From the NCBI GenBank assembly GCA_021498095.1, contig JAIZWK010000001.1, positions 3,480,001-3,512,000 on the forward strand: DNA of 32,000 bases, given 5' to 3'. How positions within the stretch are numbered: the stretch's first letter is position 1; every line of letters begins with the position of its first letter. The notes under the pieces were generated by a model, which saw only the letters and a program-made list of their open reading frames with translations, was not told where the DNA came from and did not search any database. A program made the position numbers and the translations under genes. The DNA comes from Candidatus Harpocratesius repetitus (GTDB lineage Archaea; Asgardarchaeota; Lokiarchaeia; Sigyniarchaeales; Promethearchaeaceae). Below are positions 19,490 to 27,834 of the stretch, in pieces.

Positions 19490-19505
19490 TAATGGAAGCG
19501 TCCGC

Positions 19506-19778
19506 TTGATAAATGAAAGTGATTTGAACCAAATGGTCAAAATCTGGAATGATTTTCCAGAATTTTTTACATCTCCAGGCAGAACTCATACTTTAGAAAC
19601 ATTAAAAACTTGGTTTCAAAACCTACATCAAGATTATCATGATTATTATGGATATTTTTCAACAAATAATACTGTAGATGATGGCCAGCAAAAACTGATT
19701 TCTCTCGGGAGATTTAAATTCATTGGAATTTCAAGAATAATTGTTCTCTTATTGATCAGAAAGAAAAATTCGCTTTAA
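19506..19778 (+). CDS. Small chimeric ORF ending in the same anchor tail as B1
   Basis: C-terminus DDGQQKLISLGRFKFIGISRIIVLLLIRKK is homologous to the B1 C-terminus. Confidence 0.5.
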   Translation: MINESDLNQMVKIWNDFPEFFTSPGRTHTLETLKTWFQNLHQDYHDYYGYFSTNNTVDDGQQKLISLGRFKFIGISRIIVLLLIRKKNSL

Positions 19779-19875
19779 GTGCTTTTTTCTCTTTTCAGAA
19801 CTAATATCTTGCAGAAAAAACCAAAAAGTCTTAATAATGAAATTTGCCTAAATCCTCTCTTATAAAAATGTAAAA

Positions 19876-20343
19876 TTACAAATCTTCATTATTAATTGGA
19901 GAATCAGAAACAGACTGCAAATATAAATCTATTATACGGTTTTTTATCGCACTTGAACTATGAAGGGTGTATTTTGTATAAAGCTTTTCTAACCGACGAA
20001 CTTCTATGTTTCCGGCATTATTTTTAGATAAAAGTTCCTTTAATTTAGAAACACTTATTTTTTGGTTGGGACCTAAAAGGATAATATCTGGTTTTAAACT
20101 TAGGGCTTTGGCAAGATAATTGTTATTTTCATTACCTAACGTTGCATAAGTCACATATTTTATAGATTGGATAATTTCTAAGCGTTGCTGCTCACAAATA
20201 ATTGGAGGTTGCTTCTTCCACTTCTTAATTGTAGAATCACGTGCAAGAATTACATATACATCTCCTAATTTTGCAGCTTCTTGAAAGAGAAACAAATGAC
20301 CAGGATGTAAAATGTCAAAACATCCAGTTACTAATACCCGCAT
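19876..20343 (-). CDS. ribL: Archaeal FAD synthase (cytidylyltransferase-like)
   Basis: TGCFDILHPGH (HxGH), ARD, and SSSAIK..I at the C-terminus. Confidence 0.85.
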   Translation of the reverse strand: MRVLVTGCFDILHPGHLFLFQEAAKLGDVYVILARDSTIKKWKKQPPIICEQQRLEIIQSIKYVTYATLGNENNNYLAKALSLKPDIILLGPNQKISVSKLKELLSKNNAGNIEVRRLEKLYTKYTLHSSSAIKNRIIDLYLQSVSDSPINNEDL

Positions 20344-20463
20344 AATATTTCCAGATCATAGATGAAAGTTTCTTAAATTATTTTATTGAAGTGGAGGTTC
20401 TATTTGATTTTTTCGTTCTATAAAATGCGGAAATTAATTTCAATCTCAACTTTTATTGAATTT

Positions 20464-21603
20464 TTATTGAAATAATCCCAAATGAGCTTTAGTCCATTCA
20501 ATTACATTATGAATACCTTTTTTAGGTGAAATTTGTGGCTTCCAATCTAGAACCCTTGAAACTTTAGAAATATCTGAGATATACACTTTTTGATCTCCGT
20601 CACGAGTGCTGTTATAATCAATGTGTAATGGTTTGTTTAAATCTCGACTTATTATATCCAAAACTTCCCGTAATGAAACGGAATTAGTTAATCCACCTCC
20701 AACATTGAATATCAAAGGTTCTATGGAAAAATTTGATCGAAATTGAGAATAATTGGATTTTACATGGTTGATGAAGTGGTCCACTAATGAAATTAAATCA
20801 GAAATGTAAAGTAAATCCCGTACCTGCTTTCCATTTCCAAAAATAGTAATTGGCTTATTTAATAATGCTTGAATAACCAAATGAGAAATCCAGCCTTGAC
20901 CTTCAAAACCAAATTGCTGCGGACCATAAATGCAAGACATTCTGAAAATTCCAGCAGGAATCCTATATGTTCGACAATATTCTTGTACGTATAAATCTCC
21001 AGCAAGCTTTGAAACACCATAAGGTGTGTGTTTTGTATGATCAATACCAAAAAGCTCAGTAAATCCATTTGGCGGATCTATCAATGTATAGCGGACTTGG
21101 TCTTCTCTAATCAAACTTTGGTTGATTTTTGTCCCATAGACTTTATTTGTGGAAAGAAAAAGGAAAATCGGCGGATGAGAACATTGACGCACCGCTTCCA
21201 GTGTATTTATCAAACCAATAACATTATCTTGAAAATCAATAAATGGATTTAAAATCGAATCAACTGCAGAAGTTTGACCAGCAGCATGAATAATTACAGT
21301 AGGTTTTTCAGAAGTTATGATTCGCTTGATTTCTATAGAATTGCATAGATTTTCTAAATAAATTTTAACTTGAGGATAATTCTGACTTAAAAAGCGGAGA
21401 TTAAAAGGAATTTTAGATGAATCAACATTATTAATATTGAAAACATTCCCCTTTCTGATAAGATTTTGAAGGGATTTTATAAAATTTGGTCCAGGACGGG
21501 AGAGATTATCGATGCAAATAACATAATTACCTTTATCAGCAAAATATTGAGCCAAATTTATACCGATAAAGCCTAAACCTCCCGTTATCAAGATTCTTTC
21601 CAT
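20464..21603 (-). CDS. NAD-dependent nucleotide-sugar epimerase/dehydratase (CDP-paratose 2-epimerase-like)
   Basis: ITGGLGFIG, HAAGQ, STNKVYG, PYGVSK (YxxxK), RMSCIYGPQQFG and QVRD. Confidence 0.9.
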   Translation of the reverse strand: MERILITGGLGFIGINLAQYFADKGNYVICIDNLSRPGPNFIKSLQNLIRKGNVFNINNVDSSKIPFNLRFLSQNYPQVKIYLENLCNSIEIKRIITSEKPTVIIHAAGQTSAVDSILNPFIDFQDNVIGLINTLEAVRQCSHPPIFLFLSTNKVYGTKINQSLIREDQVRYTLIDPPNGFTELFGIDHTKHTPYGVSKLAGDLYVQEYCRTYRIPAGIFRMSCIYGPQQFGFEGQGWISHLVIQALLNKPITIFGNGKQVRDLLYISDLISLVDHFINHVKSNYSQFRSNFSIEPLIFNVGGGLTNSVSLREVLDIISRDLNKPLHIDYNSTRDGDQKVYISDISKVSRVLDWKPQISPKKGIHNVIEWTKAHLGLFQ

Positions 21604-21720
21604 ATAAATATAACCACATCTCTTATATGTTCTTTTTATTATCCTTTAAATCAATTTTTCTATTCATTTTTACCGATTACTCAACTTAATAATTCACATA
21701 GTGCGATTACTCAACTTTAC

Positions 21721-22365
21721 TTATTCAACCTTATCTATTTGATTAAGATTTTGTTTCAATTTATGCATTTGCAAAGAAAGAGTGACATCTGCCTCAGTTC
21801 GAGCCAATATTCCCCGAGCAGCATCGATCTTCTTACGCAATCCAGGTATTAATCCATTTGGGTAATCTAATGTAAATAAATAATTGTAAAACTCAGACAT
21901 TTCTTCTAATAAAACAGATGCTTGAGTATAGTTTTCTTCTCTCAAACATCTTAAAATATAACGTCTTAATTCTCCCACTACATCAGCACAAGCATAAGCA
22001 TAATCTTCTACTTCAATATGACAATCTTCAGGTTCTGGAAGAGAATTATGAACAATTAGTTCATAAAAGATAATTGCCTCACCAGTTTCTTGTTTTACTA
22101 TCTGAAGATAATCCTTTGGGAAATTTCCAGGAGCCTGTGAAATAAGAACGTTCATTTTTGATAAATTTTCTTTTAAGCGAACAATTTTTTCAGGGATACT
22201 CTCATGCTCATGACGATGCACATTTTTAATTATTTCGCTACACATTCTAACAGTCTGTCTTTGCAAAGGCAAAATTTTCTCCCGAATTTCGTCCATTCCA
22301 TCATAATATGCTCTAATACGAGTAAAAATACGATCAAGTTGCTCTTTCATTTTAATTTCCAACAT
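21721..22365 (-). CDS. Translin/TRAX-family RNase (archaeal C3PO homologue)
   Basis: QETGEA and YACADVVGELRR carry the acidic residues of the TRAX active site; DYPNGLIPGLRKKID. Confidence 0.88.
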   Translation of the reverse strand: MLEIKMKEQLDRIFTRIRAYYDGMDEIREKILPLQRQTVRMCSEIIKNVHRHEHESIPEKIVRLKENLSKMNVLISQAPGNFPKDYLQIVKQETGEAIIFYELIVHNSLPEPEDCHIEVEDYAYACADVVGELRRYILRCLREENYTQASVLLEEMSEFYNYLFTLDYPNGLIPGLRKKIDAARGILARTEADVTLSLQMHKLKQNLNQIDKVE

Positions 22366-22425
22366 GTAACAAAATAATTATTCATTATTCAATTCTTCTC
22401 ACAAACGAATCAACACTTAAAATTT

Positions 22426-23490
22426 CTAAATTAAAGAAAGCAGATCGGATATTGCATCCTTCATAGGCTTATCTTCATGCAGTATTTTATATATTTGAGT
22501 GGTCAAGGGTAAATTAATTCCATTTTGAATAGCAAATTGATGAACAGATTTCGCTGCCCAAACCCCTTCTGCAACCATTCCGTGCATTTCTTCCTTAATT
22601 TGAGCAAATGTCTTACCTTCCGCTAATTTTTGCCCATAAGAACGATTACGAGATAATTTTGAAGAACAGGTTGCTATCAAATCACCCACACCTGCAATTC
22701 CAAAAAAGGTTTTTCTCGCACATCCAAAATGCTTGCCAATTCGGTTCATTTCTGTGAGCCCTAAAGTAATAATACTTCCCTTAGAATTATCGCCAAGATT
22801 TAGACCATCACAAATTCCAACCGCAATTGCAGTAATATTCTTAACGGCTCCACAAATTTCTATACCTCGTTCATCTGTTAGAGCATAGGGTTTAAATGTT
22901 TTTGTATGAAATAATGAAACAAGACCAGGAAGAATTTCTTCATGGATTGAAGCAATAACAGTAGCTGTAGGTTGACCCATTGCTACTTCTTTGGATAAAT
23001 TAGGGCCAGAAAGAGCAGCAACCTTTACATTTTCTGGAAGAACCTCCCGTAAAACCTCTGACATAAGCTTAAATGTATCATATTCTAAACCTTTAGAAAC
23101 CGAAACTAATTTATATTCCTTATCAGGAAGGAATAATGGAGCAATTTTTTGAGCCATACTTCTCACAAATGCTGAAGGAACTGCAAAAACAATTACATCA
23201 GAGTTTGGAACTACAGATTCTAATTTTGAATAAGCTTTTAAATTAGGAGAAAGCGCAATATTTGGCAAATACTGAGGATTTTTATGCAAATTATTAATGT
23301 GATCAACAGTTTCTTGCTCATAACTCCATATTTTGACAGATATTCCCTTTGTGGCTAAAAGGTTGCCTAAAGTAGTCCCCCACCCACCTGCTCCAATTAC
23401 TGAGACATTTAGATCACTTAAGTCATTTAAACCATTTGGGTTATTTGGATCATTTGAGACACTTGGAATTTCATGGATTTTTGTTTTCAT
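22426..23490 (-). CDS. gpsA: NAD(P)H-dependent glycerol-3-phosphate dehydrogenase
   Basis: IGAGGWGT, VSKGLE, LSGPNLS.EV, GAVKNI.AIA.G, GDLIATC.S..SRN and EGV. Confidence 0.95.
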   Translation of the reverse strand: MKTKIHEIPSVSNDPNNPNGLNDLSDLNVSVIGAGGWGTTLGNLLATKGISVKIWSYEQETVDHINNLHKNPQYLPNIALSPNLKAYSKLESVVPNSDVIVFAVPSAFVRSMAQKIAPLFLPDKEYKLVSVSKGLEYDTFKLMSEVLREVLPENVKVAALSGPNLSKEVAMGQPTATVIASIHEEILPGLVSLFHTKTFKPYALTDERGIEICGAVKNITAIAVGICDGLNLGDNSKGSIITLGLTEMNRIGKHFGCARKTFFGIAGVGDLIATCSSKLSRNRSYGQKLAEGKTFAQIKEEMHGMVAEGVWAAKSVHQFAIQNGINLPLTTQIYKILHEDKPMKDAISDLLSLI

Positions 23491-23619
23491 ATCTGAAATT
23501 TATACTTAATTTTTTATCAATCTTTTTTTAAATAAGATATCTTTAAATTTCTTATATATGGGAATTACTTGTAATATGAAAATATTATAATAAAAAATGT
23601 ATATATAATAATATTTGAT

Positions 23620-24786
23620 GTGATTAGATTGAAAAAAGGTGAAATTGCGTATATTAACCCAGAACTGTTAAAATATGCAAGAATTGAAATCGGATTGTCA
23701 ATTGAAGAAGCATCGAAAAATATCGTTACTAAAAATAAATTAAATGCAGCAGAACTAGGTAAGGATCATTTAACCTTTAACAAATTGATAAAAATCTCAA
23801 ATCGATATAAACTTCCAATAACTTTTTTCTATTTGAACAAACCATACACAGATTCGCTCATAACTCAATTTCGTTCTATAAAATCTAGAGAAGTTAGATT
23901 GACTCCAGAACTTAGGAAAAGCTTTTATGATATAAACTTAAAGAGAAATCTCGCAATCGAGTTTAAAAAATACGATTTGAATGAATATAATTATGAATAT
24001 GTCAATTCAATTGAATTGCAAACCCCAATAAAACAAGTTGCAGAAGAAATCAGACATTTATTGCACTTCAAAGAACCTGTTGTTGATTGGAAGGATGATT
24101 ATCAAGCCCTCAACAATTGGATAAAAGCGATGGAAGATTTAGGAATTTTGGTTTTCCAAATATCAAAAATTCCTGTTAATATTGTTAGAGGTTTTTCGAT
24201 TTCAAAAACACCATATCCTACTATTGTAATTAATAGAGCAGATCGACCATTTGGAAGAATATATTCTATTGTCCATGAATTTGTCCATATTATATCAATT
24301 GATAATAAAGAAAATATATTCTATTCTGAAAATAATGAATTTAATAATAAATCTAAAGGGAATATTGAAGCATTTTGTAATAAAGTTGCAGCAGAAGTTT
24401 TAATGCCAGAAACAGAGTTTATTCATCAAGCATATAAAATATTAAAGCAATCTGAAAATACTTGGAACAAAAAGAATATAAAAAAAATAAGTAAGCATTT
24501 TTGGGTTAGTCAAGAAGCCATTTTAATTAGACTGAAGACTTTTTCTTTAATTAACAAAAAAGAATTTGATTTTCAAATGAAAAGATTAAACAAGAATGTT
24601 CATGGTTCTGGATTTGAAAATAAACAACATATGAAGGTAATTAGAACTAACTCTTATCATTTCCTTAATAATCTACTTAATGCTTATGCAGAAAGAGAAA
24701 TAACTGCTTCAAAATTATCTAAAATATTACAGATGAAACTTATTCATTTGGATGCTTTAGAAAAAGAGTTTTGGAAGAATAAATAA
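23620..24786 (+). CDS. Xre-HTH + ImmA/IrrE (Peptidase M78) metallopeptidase
   Basis: N-terminal HTH (LKYARIEIGLSIEEAS), SIVHEFVH (HExxH), EAFCNKVAAEVLMP and VSQEAILIRL. Confidence 0.92.
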   Translation: MIRLKKGEIAYINPELLKYARIEIGLSIEEASKNIVTKNKLNAAELGKDHLTFNKLIKISNRYKLPITFFYLNKPYTDSLITQFRSIKSREVRLTPELRKSFYDINLKRNLAIEFKKYDLNEYNYEYVNSIELQTPIKQVAEEIRHLLHFKEPVVDWKDDYQALNNWIKAMEDLGILVFQISKIPVNIVRGFSISKTPYPTIVINRADRPFGRIYSIVHEFVHIISIDNKENIFYSENNEFNNKSKGNIEAFCNKVAAEVLMPETEFIHQAYKILKQSENTWNKKNIKKISKHFWVSQEAILIRLKTFSLINKKEFDFQMKRLNKNVHGSGFENKQHMKVIRTNSYHFLNNLLNAYAEREITASKLSKILQMKLIHLDALEKEFWKNK

Positions 24787-25307
24787 TGCATGATTTAGAT
24801 CAACTTTTATCCACTAATTCAAAGACGAAAAAGAGAAGAACCTAATTTTCATTCGATACAAGTGCATTTATAGATTCATGGAGAAGATACTATCCTAAAG
24901 ATCTCTTTCCTCGTCTCTGGGATTTTATTACTGAAAAAATAAAGAATAAAACAATTATAGCGAGTAGCATAGTAAAGATAGAATTAAAAGCCCAAAATGA
25001 CGATTTAACAGAATATATTGATCAATTCAATAATTTATTTGTTGAACCAGATGAAAGAGTACAAAATATAGTGAAGCGTCTAATAAATAATCCAAATTTC
25101 AACAAGTGGGGAATAGATCATTCACATCAGGCAGACCCATTTGTTGTTTCTTTAGCGAAAGTGAAGAATCTGAAAGTAGTAAGTTATGAAAATCCAAGAA
25201 AAGAGAAAAATAGCATTCCAGCAGCTTGTCAATTATTAAATGTTGAGCATTTATCTTTTATCGATTTTTTGAGAGAAGAATCCTTTCAAACTTTTATTGA
25301 CAATTAA
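24786..25307 (+). pseudogene. DUF4411-type PIN nuclease with a premature TAA at 24843-24845
   Basis: ATG overlaps the upstream stop. Reads MHDLDQLLSTNSKTKKRRT*FSFDTSAFIDSWRRYYP..LFP.LW...ADPFVVSLAK...VVSYE...IPAAC, in frame with the tracked ORF 25071..25307. Confidence 0.85.
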
Positions 25308-25323
25308 AAAAATAAAGAAAAAT

Positions 25324-25776
25324 TCAAACATCCTGCACTAAAATCGTTGCTTTTCCTTCCGTTACAATTATACCATTTTGATTTTTAACAATAGTCTCTA
25401 AAATCAATAACTTCATGGGAGGTTTTCCTTCACGCTCTTTAACTTTTTTCTCGATTACTGTAGCGATCGCAGTCAATTCATCTCCAATATACACCGGTTT
25501 TCGAAATTTGCAGTATTGATCCAAATAAAGTGCTCCTGGTCCGGGTAACTTCATGCCAATTACTGCACTAATAAGTCCTGAAGAAAATGCCCCATGAACT
25601 AAACGTTTCTTAAAAATCGTTTTTGCAGCAAATTCGTCATTAAAATGCAGCGGATTATAATCAGTGGTCAATTTCCCAAATTGTTCCACCGTTTCATTGG
25701 AGGTTTTTACTGTTATTTGTGCTGTATCTCCAACGTTAAATTCATCAAATGATTTTATATGAATTTCTTGTGTCAT
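25324..25776 (-). CDS. MaoC/PhaJ-family (R)-specific enoyl-CoA hydratase/dehydratase
   Basis: F..LTTDYNPLHFNDEFA...F.KRLVHG and F..PVYIGD. Confidence 0.9.
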   Translation of the reverse strand: MTQEIHIKSFDEFNVGDTAQITVKTSNETVEQFGKLTTDYNPLHFNDEFAAKTIFKKRLVHGAFSSGLISAVIGMKLPGPGALYLDQYCKFRKPVYIGDELTAIATVIEKKVKEREGKPPMKLLILETIVKNQNGIIVTEGKATILVQDV

Positions 25777-25843
25777 AATTAAATCCCCATTATTTCATAA
25801 GCGGGGAAAATTCTTAATAAATTCTTCTATATTTCTAATTTTC

Positions 25844-26177
25844 GATGAATTTCAAAATTCAATGACCAATTTGGATACTACTTTTTTTTATTCCATCTTC
25901 TCAATATTCTTTTTATTTGTGTATTTGAAGGATATCTCCTTCTAAAGCGAAGATAAAGTTGTTCTTCTACATAAGATTCTTTTTTTGGATATTTTTCACA
26001 AAGTTTTTATCACACTAAAAATTCGAATTTATATGGTAGGACGCCCTCGAAAGCCCCAAACCAAGATCTTTCGAGATTTTGAGATAGAAACACCTTCTGG
26101 TGATATAAAAATGCTTAAAGAAATACTAATCTGCTGTCCAAATTTCCATTCTTCTCACGTTTGAAATCATGGAACAC
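25844..26177 (+). mobile_element. Second, more decayed copy of the IS1-like element end
   Basis: Homologous to 11764-12085. The ORF from ATG 26033 stops at TGA 26162-26164 after 43 codons. Confidence 0.8.
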
Positions 26178-26584
26178 CATTAGAAATAATGAGATATCAT
26201 TAAAAGCAGGCACAAAAAAAGAGTTTAAAACCATTTCTCCATCAAATAATGGATTTTCACCAGTTTTTTCAATATATTTTGATGCATTTTCACAAATTTA
26301 ATAATAAGCTTTTTCATGAAAGATGAGATTTCAGGATTTTTTGGATTTTTATATTTGTCAATTATCTTTAAACCTTTCATATATTCATACTTACGATTGT
26401 TACCATATAATAATTATCTTCAGAAATATAATTGTGTCGCCTTAATATCTTGAACTACATAATAACAAGCTCCAACACTAAGAATATTAGCGAATAATGA
26501 TCAAGTTTTTGTTGGTTCTCTTAATTTTTTTGACATTTTTTCTCATCACCATTATCTTATGAAATTTCTATTCACAAAAATTGT

Positions 26585-27385
26585 TTAATCTTCAATAATT
26601 TTTGAAATTAAAATTCTAGCATCATAATTTTTCACGAGATTATGTAAATTCATTATTATTTCATCTCTTTTCGAATTTGTGGGAGAAAAATGGCTTAAAG
26701 GAATAATTAGTAATTTTCCATCTTTGTGTTGTATTAAATTTGATTTAAGAGAAGTAATTTTTGTTGTTATTTGGCTTGAATTTTGGTAATATTTTAAATT
26801 ATCTTTACCAAATACTTTAACAAGATATTTCCAAGCTAATCCACCAAAAGAAATAATTATTTTTGGGTTACAAAGTTCTATTTCTTTCTTTAATATTGCA
26901 AGATGCATATTTTTGTCTGGATCTTTTTTATATCTAAATTTATAGGCATCAGTAAAAATAAAATCGTTCAATAATTGCTTGTTGATATATTTTAAATAAG
27001 ATTCAATTGATTTAATAGGATACTCCTTTGGAATTATTCCTAGTTCCCAAAATTTATGGAAAATGTTGCGTAAATATGGATTACCTGTAGCCAGCCAAGA
27101 TCGAAGACTATTTTGATTTGTTTTCACAAAATCTAAGGCTGATTTAGCTGTTCCCATTCGTTTCCATTCTTCATATTTTTGCTTTTCAAGTTCAACTTCA
27201 TATGAATAAATATTACCTTTTCCAGGATTTGCCATTATAATCATCCTACTAGGTTTTATTGAAGATATATAATAACCAAATGGACAAATAGGAATTTTGT
27301 TAAGATTCCAATCATTCACAAAACATTTTTCAATACTTTTTAATCTTGAAATCTGTCGTATAATATCTAACAATTCGGGATGCAT
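26585..27385 (-). CDS. Uracil-DNA-glycosylase-fold protein of unknown specificity
   Basis: IIMANPG, FIFTDAYK, EIELCNPKIIISFG..A and IIPLSHFS follow the UDG-superfamily motif order. Confidence 0.7.
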   Translation of the reverse strand: MHPELLDIIRQISRLKSIEKCFVNDWNLNKIPICPFGYYISSIKPSRMIIMANPGKGNIYSYEVELEKQKYEEWKRMGTAKSALDFVKTNQNSLRSWLATGNPYLRNIFHKFWELGIIPKEYPIKSIESYLKYINKQLLNDFIFTDAYKFRYKKDPDKNMHLAILKKEIELCNPKIIISFGGLAWKYLVKVFGKDNLKYYQNSSQITTKITSLKSNLIQHKDGKLLIIPLSHFSPTNSKRDEIIMNLHNLVKNYDARILISKIIED

Positions 27386-27624
27386 TTTCCATCAATTTTG
27401 TTAATATTTTATAAATTTCAAGCTAACTTAACGCTTTAACCTTTCCTTTTAGTAGTAAGAAAGCGTTTTGAAGATTAAAATATTCTGTTCTTTTTTCCTT
27501 ACCTATGATATGTTTTTTTATTATTTAAATAAGAACACCACTTCAAAATCTCATAAAAAAGCCTTCAAACCACCTCCATACCGAAAAGACCCTGTACAAC
27601 CTCACACTTCATAGATTATACGAA

Positions 27625-27786
27625 TTAATCAACAAACATTTCTTGGATAGTTTTTTTTATTTGGTCGATGGTTTTTATTATTTCTAAAGTGCCAAATTTC
27701 TTGATAAATCTCCTTCTATCCACTGTTCGTGTTTGATCTAGCACAATCCATTCTGCTTTACCTGCAAAATTTAGTTTTACCCTTGA
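27625..27786 (-). pseudogene. PemK/MazF toxin, C-terminal remnant
   Basis: Manual translation SRVKLNFAGKAEWIVLDQTRTVDRRRFIKKFGTLEIIKTIDQIKKTIQEMFVD* (LDQxRTVD..R motif). No start codon. Confidence 0.85.
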
Positions 27787-27834
27787 TCACAGAAATATTG
27801 ATTGTTAGAAATTAAAAAATAATCCAATTTTTAC

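Noticed and set aside
26178-26330. Minus-strand open stretch ICENASKYIEKTGENPLFDGEMVLNSFFVPAFNDISLF
   Set aside because: It could be a gene scar, but it has no start codon and I cannot assign a family.
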